Shown: piece after piece, positions 1 to 8,846 of the stretch | Numbering within the stretch: position 1 is the first letter of the stretch | How the letters are laid out: every line of letters starts with the position of its first letter | Source: Candidatus Heimdallarchaeota archaeon | Lineage (GTDB): Archaea; Asgardarchaeota; Heimdallarchaeia; Heimdallarchaeales; Heimdallarchaeaceae | DNA length: 64,000 nucleotides | Assembly: GCA_018238545.1 (NCBI GenBank) | Contig: JABCTC010000013.1 | Coordinates: forward strand, 1,719-65,718 | Reading direction: 5' to 3' | The notes under the pieces: model-generated | The model's input: only the letters and a program-made list of their open reading frames with translations | Told to the model about the DNA's origin: nothing | Databases searched by the model: none | Translations under genes and position numbers: made by a program

Positions 1-268
1 ACATTAATACATAGAAAGCTAGGAACACACCAAAATCAAATATCCCTCCACTATAGGTAAAATGTGCGACAAAGTAATTGATCGTTAGTATCAAAGGTGT
101 ATAGATAATTGATGAGAAAGGAACTGATAGAATTCTGTCAAGAATAACCTCTCCTGTTGGAACCTCAAAAAGGTAATCACATCGTGGACATGTGTACATC
201 TTTGTGTATGCCTTGAGCGATTCCTTTTTACGTTTAGGTTTAAGATAACCACAATATGGACATTTCAT
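1..268 (-). CDS. partial CDS (N-terminal part; continues past window start): C4 zinc-ribbon followed by hydrophobic/TM segment
   Basis: Minus-strand ATG at 268..266 translates to MKCPYCGYLKPKRKKESLKAYTKMYTCPRCDYLFEV..., a CPYC...CPRC ribbon, then IIYTPLILTINYFVAHF (hydrophobic). Open to position 1. Absent from the ORF track because it is truncated. Confidence 0.4.
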   Translation of the reverse strand, partial: MKCPYCGYLKPKRKKESLKAYTKMYTCPRCDYLFEVPTGEVILDRILSVPFSSIIYTPLILTINYFVAHFTYSGGIFDFGVFLAFYVLM

Positions 269-312
269 CTTATCTCATCTCTCATCTGTTATGCTATTTC
301 CAGCAATGTAAC

Positions 313-2466
313 TTATTTCTTGTATTTTCTGTAAATTACTCCAAGCATAGGAACAACTAGTACTAATCCTAAGAAGCAATATGAGGTCTTATCTGTCGGG
401 ATACTGTTTTCATCAAGAGGGTCAGAACCGTTCTCTATCTCAACCCAGTCATCGTACCCATCCCCATCTGAATCTGGGTTCGATGGATCTGTCTCATAAA
501 TATCCACTTCTTCAACATTAGTTAATCCATCCCCATCGTAATCCGCTTCCGCGTCACTAAATAATGGATTCGTGAAATAACGTTTTATTTCATCACCGTC
601 TAATAGACCATCTCCATCTGTGTCTGGGTTCTCTGGGTCACATCCCCAGCTTCTTTCGTCTATATTGTCCAGATTGTCTTCATCATAATCTTGAAGAGCG
701 TCATCGGGATTATTAGGATCTAGAAAGTCATAGAGAACCTCATAATCGTCAGATAAGCCGTCTTCATCCGTGTCTGAAGATAATAAATTAGTGTTGTATA
801 TATTAACCTCATCCCCATCACTTAAGCTATCAAAATCTGTATCTGGGTTTTCAACATTGGAGTGATATAAGTCTACTTCTTCTATATTTGAAATTCCATC
901 TTCATCCGTATCTTTATCGATGTCTGAAACCAGCGGGTCAAGCAAATAATGGTTGACTTCATCCCCGTCGTTTACAGTGTCTCCATCCGTGTCGTTGTTA
1001 TACATATCTGTTCCTAAAATCTCTTCTTCATAATCCCAGAGACCATCATTGTCTTGATCGAAATTTGTTGTATGAGTTGAAGAACACAATATATCTATCC
1101 ACGGAGCTATCCCATAATCATTTGTTTCTTCGATGAAAATTAACCCCCTCTGACTTAAACGTACGATCTCTACTTCTCTGTCATTATCTATATCATAAAT
1201 TAAAGGAGAGCTCTGGTCTTCATAGAGCAAAAAGGTGTCAATTCGTTTCTTTAACTGCCCATCATGTTCCAATATATAGATATAGACACTATTTGTAATA
1301 ACAATCTCTGGAAAACTGTCTCCATCAATATCTGCTATAGCTGGTGTGCCAAATAACCAAGCCCCATAGAACGTGAAAACTTCTTCCAAATCTAAACCAA
1401 CAGAGAAAACAGATAATCCATAATATGTGTGCTGAATAATCTCTTTCTTTCCATCATTATCTAAATCATATGCAATTCCTTGAACATTATAATAAACACC
1501 GGTTAAAATGGGTGCATGCCAAGTTTTGTTCGTATATGGATCAAGTGAAACTCCATAAATGAAACCAGCTGTAGAAGCTGCGAAAAGTTCCTTTTTCCCA
1601 TCGTTATCAAAATCATCTACTATAGGCATCTCTCTTATCCATTCATCATTGTCTGGATAGGTTAAAGAGAGATTTCGTGGAAAATTATCAACTAGTGTTC
1701 CATTTTGATTCCAAGCATATACCATACCATTATCTGTGCAGACAATGATATCAAGTTCATTATCATAATTGATATCCTCAACTACTGGTTGAATGTAATT
1801 TATAGTATCATTAGCTTGTATAGGCCAATTGGTTACATTGTTTCCATCACTTGTAACTAAAAATACGTAACCATCTCTACGAACTAGAATAAATTCCTTA
1901 TCACCATCATTATTTATATCATGAAAAATGGTTCCCTGTACAAAAGAACCTAGTAAGCTAAATCCGAATGGAATATAAATATCTCCTTCTTCAGTAACAA
2001 TGAAAAATGTAGGATTATCTGCAAAAAATCCAGTTGAAGTTGAAGAGCAGAAAGCTACTCCCTCGTTAGGATTACCTGGTAGAATTACTTCACCTAGAAT
2101 TTCAATATTATCTGCGTCCCAGTAAAGTTCTAATGGCCATCCTGAAACTATTTGTTCATTCCGAATAAGGAAAATAACTATTCCTAAACCGTCTGCCATT
2201 GTTCCAACTACAACTGTTTCCAGAACTTGGTCATCATTAAAATCAAGAATTAGTGGAGCATACGGGTAATTATAATCAATAGGTAAGAAAATCTGTCTGC
2301 TTTGATCTTCTGTGTATATTTCTTTTAGTGAATCTGAAGAAGAATGACCCTCATTCATGACTGATGAATCTACTTGTGTTTGATTAAATGTAGTAGAAGC
2401 AAACAATACAAAAAGTGTGAAAAACAATACGCTCTTCTTTTTAGTAAATAACAATTTCATCATCAT
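313..2466 (-). CDS. secreted integrin-like surface protein: signal peptide, FG-GAP/beta-propeller repeats, C-terminal thrombospondin-type-3-like Ca-binding repeats, C-terminal TM anchor
   Basis: N-terminal hydrophobic signal (FFTLFVLFASTTF). Repeated FxDxNxDGxxE motifs (DINNDGDKEF, DLDNDGKKEI, DFDNDGKKELF, DIDGDSFPEIV). More than 10 DTDxDGxxDxxE repeats in the C-terminal half. Ends with hydrophobic helix + YRKYKK. Confidence 0.7.
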   Translation of the reverse strand: MMMKLLFTKKKSVLFFTLFVLFASTTFNQTQVDSSVMNEGHSSSDSLKEIYTEDQSRQIFLPIDYNYPYAPLILDFNDDQVLETVVVGTMADGLGIVIFLIRNEQIVSGWPLELYWDADNIEILGEVILPGNPNEGVAFCSSTSTGFFADNPTFFIVTEEGDIYIPFGFSLLGSFVQGTIFHDINNDGDKEFILVRRDGYVFLVTSDGNNVTNWPIQANDTINYIQPVVEDINYDNELDIIVCTDNGMVYAWNQNGTLVDNFPRNLSLTYPDNDEWIREMPIVDDFDNDGKKELFAASTAGFIYGVSLDPYTNKTWHAPILTGVYYNVQGIAYDLDNDGKKEIIQHTYYGLSVFSVGLDLEEVFTFYGAWLFGTPAIADIDGDSFPEIVITNSVYIYILEHDGQLKKRIDTFLLYEDQSSPLIYDIDNDREVEIVRLSQRGLIFIEETNDYGIAPWIDILCSSTHTTNFDQDNDGLWDYEEEILGTDMYNNDTDGDTVNDGDEVNHYLLDPLVSDIDKDTDEDGISNIEEVDLYHSNVENPDTDFDSLSDGDEVNIYNTNLLSSDTDEDGLSDDYEVLYDFLDPNNPDDALQDYDEDNLDNIDERSWGCDPENPDTDGDGLLDGDEIKRYFTNPLFSDAEADYDGDGLTNVEEVDIYETDPSNPDSDGDGYDDWVEIENGSDPLDENSIPTDKTSYCFLGLVLVVPMLGVIYRKYKK

Positions 2467-2678
2467 AATCTCTTCACTAATACTTCAGATTCTTTTTTCA
2501 ACAGATTACACCTATATTTATTACATATGAAGATAATTGTTTGTTGAAATATCACCATACATACAGTTTTTGCTTAGAAGACAATCTGTTTCTAAATATA
2601 CCCACATGTTAGGCATTTATTATTGTTTTTGAAGGTTGAAAAGTAAAATTTCCAGTTGAAAACAAATAAAGTTTAAAT

Positions 2679-4502
2679 TTGCAAGATAAATTTATTGTTG
2701 TGGCAGAAGAAAAGCTTAAACCTACGGATTTCACGAAACTACGAAATCAATTCAAGAGGCAAATTAGAAAATATTGGCAATACTCTCGTAAATGGTTCCC
2801 ATTTTCTATTTTGATTGGGATTGTCAGTGGGATTATAATGGCCATATTTACCAGTCTTATTGTTAATCTTCAGGATTGGTTGACAGTAATCCCCGTTTAT
2901 ATTAAATATCCAATTGTTGGTGGGATAACAAGTTTGTTTATTTATTTTGGTTTCAAAGAGGTTAAAGGAGCTGGTATTTCTCACGTTTTAGCTCACAAGA
3001 ATACAAGCACATCAATGAAACCTAGAACTATATTCACTAAATTTTTTACCAGCGTCTTAACATTAGGGGTAAATGCTCCTGCTGGAAGAGAAGGTCCTGC
3101 TGTTACTGTGGGAAGTACTACATCTACTGTATTAGCGGATAAATTGAAAATGTCAAAAGATGATCAGATGCACGCAATAACCATTGGTGCTGCGGCTTGT
3201 ACTGCAGCAGTTTTCAGAGCACCTTTAGGTGGGACTCTTTTTGCAGCAGAAGTCCCCTATAAGCATGATTTAGATGAAACAGTTTTCTTCCCAGCTCTCG
3301 TAGCCAGTGCAATCTCTCTCCTTATTTATGATTCTCTTTTACATTTGATATCATTAATCAGTTTTTTACCTGCAAAACCTGTTTATCTTGAACTAGGAAC
3401 TATTCAGTTTACATTATCTTTCTCGAGTTCTCTACATTTCATTCTCATAGGTATTTTTGCGGGTTTTCTAGGAATAGTATTCTCGCTCTTATTCAAACTA
3501 TTTTCTGGATTTGTAGAACGATATCTTAAAGCATTCTTATTGCCATTTATTGGAATGATGCTGACAGCTATAATCGTTTTCCTCGTTGATACATTTTTCT
3601 TTCCTCAAGAAGTCCAACTAGCTGGTACAGGTTTTAGTTCTATAAATCATCTAGTTGAAAATTTAGGCAGTATTGGTTTTGAGATTGTTCTTGTCTTATT
3701 GCTTGGCAAAATTTTAGTGACTTCTACATGTATTGGTTTTGGGAATAGTGCAGGTGTGATGGGTCCCACACTTATAACCGGAGCAGCTTTGGGTTATCTC
3801 TATTCTAGACTTTTCAACCTTGACAATACACTTACTATTGCAATGATCGTGGTAGGGATGTCAACAATGCATACTGCTACTACAAAAACACCAATCGCCT
3901 CAATGATATTGGTTCTAGAAATGGTGGGTTTTCCTAACCTCATCATCCCTATTATCCTCTCCAATGCAATATCTTTTATTATCTCTATGGATTTCAGTTT
4001 ATACAAGGGTCAGATTCAGAGCAAAGAGGTCATTTTAAGAAGAAGTCTCAAAAATACCGATGTCTTAGAAACAATTACTGTAAAAACAGCAATGAATGAC
4101 AATTTTAAGCTGCTTAATGAAAACGATTTGTTAGCAGAGGTTTTTCAAAATCTAAGCAAATACAAAGTTAGTGCACTACCTATAATTAATGCTAAGAAAG
4201 AACTTTGTGGAGTGATTAGTAGTGGAGATTTTCAAAAAGGCTTTTCTACAGGAAAAGAGTTTGTTCATGAAGTTATGACGCGAGATGTAATCGTAGCTTA
4301 TCCTGATGAAACTCTCGCAACAGTATTTGACAAATTAACTGATCACAGAATCGAAAACTTACCTGTATTGGCTTCAAAAGAACAGTTAGAAGTTATAGGC
4401 GTAATAAGTTTTATAGATGTTGAATCTTGCTATGAAAAGGCTATGATCGAAATGCGAAAAGATGATAAAGTTTCAGTAGAGGATATGCTAAATGATTTTT
4501 GA
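2679..4502 (+). CDS. ClC-family voltage-gated chloride channel/antiporter with C-terminal CBS-domain pair
   Basis: GREGP selectivity-filter motif (APAGREGPAVTVGS), multi-TM core, GxxxG-rich segments. C-terminal ~150 aa has two CBS-like modules. Confidence 0.85.
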   Translation: MQDKFIVVAEEKLKPTDFTKLRNQFKRQIRKYWQYSRKWFPFSILIGIVSGIIMAIFTSLIVNLQDWLTVIPVYIKYPIVGGITSLFIYFGFKEVKGAGISHVLAHKNTSTSMKPRTIFTKFFTSVLTLGVNAPAGREGPAVTVGSTTSTVLADKLKMSKDDQMHAITIGAAACTAAVFRAPLGGTLFAAEVPYKHDLDETVFFPALVASAISLLIYDSLLHLISLISFLPAKPVYLELGTIQFTLSFSSSLHFILIGIFAGFLGIVFSLLFKLFSGFVERYLKAFLLPFIGMMLTAIIVFLVDTFFFPQEVQLAGTGFSSINHLVENLGSIGFEIVLVLLLGKILVTSTCIGFGNSAGVMGPTLITGAALGYLYSRLFNLDNTLTIAMIVVGMSTMHTATTKTPIASMILVLEMVGFPNLIIPIILSNAISFIISMDFSLYKGQIQSKEVILRRSLKNTDVLETITVKTAMNDNFKLLNENDLLAEVFQNLSKYKVSALPIINAKKELCGVISSGDFQKGFSTGKEFVHEVMTRDVIVAYPDETLATVFDKLTDHRIENLPVLASKEQLEVIGVISFIDVESCYEKAMIEMRKDDKVSVEDMLNDF

Positions 4503-5268
4503 TACGAAAGAGTCAATATTCCACAAATATGAGAAACATGATTTCACTTTACATAATTGGTTAACACACTGGTATCCTCAGATTTGTAACTATCTTAATT
4601 TAGATTCTCAAATGGATTTTATTTCACTAGAAACTATTCTGACCGAGTATTCAAGTAATTATTCTGAAAACAATTTAAAACTTAAACTCCATAATAAAGA
4701 CATCTTCATTTTAGCCCCAGGTATTTATATGGAAGAAGAGTTTGGCGAATATTTACAGCATAAGACATCAAAAGACAAAATTCTTATTAGTATTGATGGG
4801 GCGACATCCTACGCAATTTCTAGAGATATAATCCCAGACCTTATTGTAACAGATTTTGATGGAAAAATTGAAGATCAAATCTCAGCACTAAACCAAGGTT
4901 CAATACTGGTAGTTCATAGCCATGGAGATAACCTGGAAACGCTAAGGAAATATCTACCTGAAATAGTGTCTGGAAGTTTTATGATAACTACTCAAATCAA
5001 ACCACAGCCTGGTTCGAGCAATTTTTTGGGTTTTACAGATGGTGACCGAGCAGTATGTTTAGCTACCATGATGTCTGCAAAAAAGATTTTTCTTTTAGGG
5101 TTTGATCTCAGTTCTTCCATAAGTTCTTATTCTAAACCTTCCCCGTTAGATTCAATACAACGGGATAGAAAGTTTAGAAAATTTGAGATTGCCAAATCGG
5201 TTGTTAATTGGTGCGTGTATAATGGTCAAAAAATCTATTTTTACAAAGATCAAGTAAATTCAAAATAA
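4492..5268 (+). CDS. MptE-like 6-hydroxymethyl-7,8-dihydropterin pyrophosphokinase (DUF115 family)
   Basis: Strong match by eye to the DUF115/MptE core: DLIVTDFDG, LVVHSHGDN, FLGFTDGDRAV, KKIFLLGFDL. Overlaps the ClC stop by 11 nt (co-transcribed). Confidence 0.6.
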   Translation: MIFDTKESIFHKYEKHDFTLHNWLTHWYPQICNYLNLDSQMDFISLETILTEYSSNYSENNLKLKLHNKDIFILAPGIYMEEEFGEYLQHKTSKDKILISIDGATSYAISRDIIPDLIVTDFDGKIEDQISALNQGSILVVHSHGDNLETLRKYLPEIVSGSFMITTQIKPQPGSSNFLGFTDGDRAVCLATMMSAKKIFLLGFDLSSSISSYSKPSPLDSIQRDRKFRKFEIAKSVVNWCVYNGQKIYFYKDQVNSK

Positions 5269-5299
5269 CTGTGGTTACATAAATATTGAGAAAAGAAAA

Positions 5300-5325
5300 A
5301 AACATTTGTTTGAACACAAATGTTT
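5300..5325. terminator. perfect 10-bp stem / 6-nt loop hairpin between convergent genes, flanked by T-tracts on both strands (bidirectional terminator candidate)
   Basis: aaacatttgt-ttgaac-acaaatgttt. The minus-strand RNA is followed by UUUUUCUUUUC and the plus-strand RNA by CUUUC. Lies in the 92-bp gap between the stops of 4492..5268(+) and 5361..7109(-). Confidence 0.4.
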
Positions 5326-5360
5326 CTTTCTAAAGTGAATTAATGAAATGATAGCTGCGA

Positions 5361-7109
5361 TTAATCAGTTTCACTCTCTGTTCTTAATGCTGCTAATCTT
5401 ATTGCTTCAAAGACATCCTGTTTGGTAATTATACCTACAATTAGGTCCGGTTCATCGTTTTTAACAACTGGTAGTCTTCCAACTTTGTGTTCGTTCATTT
5501 TTTCAAGAACTTCTTTTATCTTATTATCTGGATTCACCGTTATTACCGTTTTTGACATGATGTCCGTCACCGTCAAATTTTTTGTGTCCGTACCTTCATT
5601 CGGTATATCATTCATCGTAACAATTCCTACTAATTTGCCATCCCTAGTTACAGGATAACCCGTATGATGGTGTTCTAAATTGTATAATTCCAAAATAGAT
5701 AAGGGCATTTCGGCTCCAATTTCAACTACTTTTTTTGTCATTACTTCCTGTGCATCTACAAGATCTAGAATATATGGGCTTCCCATTTTAATGTTGATTC
5801 CTCTTCTTTGCAATTTGATTGTATATATCGAAGATCCTTTGAGGAACAACCATGTTACAAAGAAGCTTGTAAAAGATGCTAACATTATTGGTGGCATTAA
5901 AGCATAATCGTTCGACATTTCTGGAATCATGAAAATGACATTAAACGGAGCTTGAGCCGCACCAGCAAACAAAGCGGCCATCCCTGCTAATCCATAAGTA
6001 TAGGTTTGCTCCACTAGTGACGGAAAAGCCAATTTAAAAAGTCCTCCAAAACCTACTCCAAACATGGCTCCAATAAACAGACTTGGCGCGAATATTCCTC
6101 CACTTCCACCAGACCCTATTGTGAAAGACGTTGCAAGAATTTTAATAGCTCCTAGTAGAAAAGCTAAACCTATCGCGAGACTTCCTGCTAAAGCTAAATC
6201 TATTCCCTCGTATCCTACACCTGCAATTCCATAAACTGGGAAAAACATAATTAAAACACCAGTTAATAATCCTCCTACGCTCATCTTCAGACTTTCTGGT
6301 ATTTTCAGTTTTTCAAAGATAGTTTCGCTCCCATAGAATACTTTTACCCAAATAACTGAGATGAGTCCAAAAATAACCCCTAAGAGTAAGAAGAGCGGTA
6401 ATTCTTGAGGTTTCCATAGAACAATGTCAGCTAAATGAAAAGCGGTTTCTTGTCCTAAGATTGCTGCTGAAACAGCAACCCCTACAACTGAAGCTAAAAT
6501 TACCGGCATAGCATTAAAGATACCTATCCCACGTAACAATATCTCCATTCCAAATATTGCTCCCCCAAGAGGAGCATTAAAGGTACCTGCTATTCCTGCT
6601 GATAAACCACAAACAACTAGAAGTTTCTTCTGTTGTGGTTCAAGGTTGAAGATTTGACCGATGTATGAGCCAATAGTAGATCCTATTTGAGCAATTGGCC
6701 CTTCTCTTCCTGCACTTCCACCTGAGCCTATTGTTATTGCAGAAACGCCTATCTTGAAAAATGCAACTCTTTTTCTTATATTCCCTTCTCTCAGAGCGAC
6801 AGCTTCTAGTACTTCAGGAACTCCATGACCTTTTGTTTCTTTTGCAAATTTTACAATTAAAGGGCCAATAATTAATGCTCCTATGACAGGTAAGAAAATA
6901 TATCCAAGATTGTATCCCCCAACTTGAATTGTAATTAAAGGTAAAATAATTTCGAAAAAGAATATTTGAACATATTTGATTATATATCTAAAAAGAACTG
7001 CTCCTAATCCTCCTAAAACACCAACAACAATTCCTAGCAAATCTATCAATAACCATCGTTTAGCTACTGGAGTAAGGTTGATAAATTTCTTCATCTTTGG
7101 GGCTTTCAT
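5361..7109 (-). CDS. ClC-family chloride channel with C-terminal CBS pair (second, divergent paralog)
   Basis: SGGSAGREGP and GSGGSGGIFAPS motifs, ~10 TM segments, C-terminal CBS modules. Confidence 0.85.
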   Translation of the reverse strand: MKAPKMKKFINLTPVAKRWLLIDLLGIVVGVLGGLGAVLFRYIIKYVQIFFFEIILPLITIQVGGYNLGYIFLPVIGALIIGPLIVKFAKETKGHGVPEVLEAVALREGNIRKRVAFFKIGVSAITIGSGGSAGREGPIAQIGSTIGSYIGQIFNLEPQQKKLLVVCGLSAGIAGTFNAPLGGAIFGMEILLRGIGIFNAMPVILASVVGVAVSAAILGQETAFHLADIVLWKPQELPLFLLLGVIFGLISVIWVKVFYGSETIFEKLKIPESLKMSVGGLLTGVLIMFFPVYGIAGVGYEGIDLALAGSLAIGLAFLLGAIKILATSFTIGSGGSGGIFAPSLFIGAMFGVGFGGLFKLAFPSLVEQTYTYGLAGMAALFAGAAQAPFNVIFMIPEMSNDYALMPPIMLASFTSFFVTWLFLKGSSIYTIKLQRRGINIKMGSPYILDLVDAQEVMTKKVVEIGAEMPLSILELYNLEHHHTGYPVTRDGKLVGIVTMNDIPNEGTDTKNLTVTDIMSKTVITVNPDNKIKEVLEKMNEHKVGRLPVVKNDEPDLIVGIITKQDVFEAIRLAALRTESETD

Positions 7110-7179
7110 TCTGCATCAGAATAAGCAAAAAATCCCGCCTATATTAATTTTTCAATATTTAGGTAATGTTCTAATTTAT

Positions 7180-7261
7180 CAAATAAACATTAACACTACT
7201 AAAAAATCTCATAATGCTTTCAAATAAACATTAGTATTACTAAAAAATCTCATAGTGTTTT
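7180..7261. repeat. tandem direct repeat, 2 x 41 bp (36/41 identical)
   Basis: caaataaacattaacactactaaaaaatctcataatgcttt / caaataaacattagtattactaaaaaatctcatagtgtttt, in the 151-bp spacer upstream of the ClC gene start (7109) and just downstream of the PTPS-like gene. Confidence 0.7.
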
Positions 7262-7791
7262 CAATACCTAGGAAACAGCTCATATGTTACTCCTTGTCCT
7301 TCATACTCGAAAACAGTTACAGTAACTTGATCAATATTTTCCTTTTTAATCTCATTGTTCCACATTAATTTCTCAGCTAAGTAATGGCTTATTTCTTCTA
7401 CTGTCGTATTCTTAATTGGGAGTAGCATAACATCAGATTTAGGAAACTCATACTCTTTATTATAATTAGGTATCTTTATGACTATTTGTTCTCCTGATTC
7501 CGTGATTTCAAGTAGATTACTCTCTTCTGGAATTAAAATCTTATGATCCAAATTATCAACTATGGGTTTGAGTACTTTCTTTATGTCATAGAAATTTAGA
7601 ATCATATTCTCCTCGTCTTGATTTCCATAAATATTTATGAGGATTTTATAATTATGCCCATGCAATGTTTCGATAAACTTCTCTCCTACTACAAAGTGAG
7701 CACTTGAAAAAATCATGTAATCTCGACTAAGAAACAAATCATAACTCATTAATTCATCATCATTTATTAGAATTAAAAATCCTTCCTTCAA
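7261..7791 (-). CDS. 6-pyruvoyl-tetrahydropterin synthase family protein (PTPS/QueD-like; pterin branch)
   Basis: HGH motif in context (ETLHGHNYKILINIYG) typical of the PTPS/QueD Zn site. Size 176 aa. Adjacent to MptE-like HPPK (pterin context). Confidence 0.5.
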   Translation of the reverse strand: MKEGFLILINDDELMSYDLFLSRDYMIFSSAHFVVGEKFIETLHGHNYKILINIYGNQDEENMILNFYDIKKVLKPIVDNLDHKILIPEESNLLEITESGEQIVIKIPNYNKEYEFPKSDVMLLPIKNTTVEEISHYLAEKLMWNNEIKKENIDQVTVTVFEYEGQGVTYELFPRY

Positions 7792-7801
7792 ACAGCAATC
7801 T

Positions 7802-8737
7802 CTATTCTGAACGTTCTAATTGAAATGATTCTAGTTCTTGAATACCGAGATCAATATCAACAAGATATACCAAAAAATCAGATAACAAGGAGGCAAATTC
7901 GTTCCTTAATTCCTTTCCTAATATAGTCAATTCATCATAGTTGTTAATGTCATCTAACCCCCAAGACAGCACATCACACAACTTCCCTATCTCATCTTCG
8001 CTTAATTTGTCCTTTGATTTATTGTCCCCAATTTGTATTTGTGCAATAATTTTCTCTGCACTACTAATTTCATCCTCGAAAATCATGACTAAAGGATTAA
8101 TGCAGATGTCTAATAGCTCGTGTAATGTCATTTGAGCTTTGTCAGCAAGATTTATCGCTTCGTAAGAAAGATCAGTGGCTTGACTAATTAGGTCTTTCTG
8201 ATTCTGATATTCTTCTAATTCTGATAGGTTGGTTTTGTATATTTTATTGTATTCACCTTGTTTGGATAGAACAAGAGATAGATTTTGTCTGATGTTTTGC
8301 TCTGTTGTAATTTCTGGTGAGGTTCGATAATAGAGATCTTGCCAACTATTATTGACTACTTCTTTTATCCTGAATAACTCATTAGCTCTGGCCATGGTAT
8401 TTATTGTCTTCTGAACAATTAGTTCCCTTTCATTCATTCCCTTCAAGTAAGCTCTTTCGATTTCCTCTTTGAACTCTCTTTCAGTTTTCCCCCCTGACCG
8501 TAGATAATCAACAATAGATGTTTGATAAAACGTTCTAGCAAGAAGCGACATAGATGATAGAAGGGCTGCTCGCATATTGTGTAAACTATCTTCATTCGAA
8601 CTAAGAAAGCGGTCTATAGAACTAAGTAAATTGTTCATTATCGTATATATCTGGCGTAGTGTACGATAATTTAATCTGTCTAGAAATTTGCCTATGACAG
8701 TTTGCCTCTCCAGAACCGCTTCTGCATCTTCTTGCAT
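7802..8737 (-). CDS. hypothetical alpha-helical/coiled-coil protein
   Basis: Long ORF with no recognisable motif. Heptad-like charged segments. Confidence 0.45.
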   Translation of the reverse strand: MQEDAEAVLERQTVIGKFLDRLNYRTLRQIYTIMNNLLSSIDRFLSSNEDSLHNMRAALLSSMSLLARTFYQTSIVDYLRSGGKTEREFKEEIERAYLKGMNERELIVQKTINTMARANELFRIKEVVNNSWQDLYYRTSPEITTEQNIRQNLSLVLSKQGEYNKIYKTNLSELEEYQNQKDLISQATDLSYEAINLADKAQMTLHELLDICINPLVMIFEDEISSAEKIIAQIQIGDNKSKDKLSEDEIGKLCDVLSWGLDDINNYDELTILGKELRNEFASLLSDFLVYLVDIDLGIQELESFQLERSE

Positions 8738-8846
8738 TATTGAATATTTGATATAGTTACTTGAATAAAAGACTTGTCTTTGGGAATATTCGAAGTATGT
8801 AGATTACGGTTAGAATAAATAGAAAAAGAAAAAGAAAAGAAAAATA

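Noticed and set aside
400-1100. Highly repetitive DNA encoding DTDxDG repeats considered as a possible CRISPR or other non-coding repeat array
   Set aside because: Repeats are in-frame codons of a single long ORF (TSP3-like protein repeats) with variable spacers of coding sequence, and have no CRISPR-like unit and spacer regularity. No other regularly spaced short repeats were seen anywhere in the window.
2679-7109. The two ClC-CBS genes as a recent tandem duplication
   Set aside because: The proteins are clearly divergent (different motif variants, 607 vs 582 aa), oppositely oriented and separated by unrelated genes. They are old paralogs, not a recent duplication.
2739-8135. Short antisense ORFs from the six-frame track nested inside well-supported genes (e.g. 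2739..2984, 3800..4006, 5422..5658, 5680..5907, 6976..7227, 7941..8135, and similar ones throughout the window such as 9895..10179, 12290..12649, 13497..13862, 15749..16084, 29823..30221, 42770..43465)
   Set aside because: All lie opposite long ORFs with clear family motifs. They show low-complexity or hydrophobic translations typical of antisense reading of AT-rich coding DNA. None has its own upstream signals.
7802-8737. Possible ESCRT-III/Snf7-like protein (coiled-coil, Asgard context)
   Set aside because: At 311 aa it is too long. It lacks the basic N-terminal / acidic C-terminal polarity and the short helical-hairpin spacing of ESCRT-III. No Vps4 or ESCRT-I/II neighbours.
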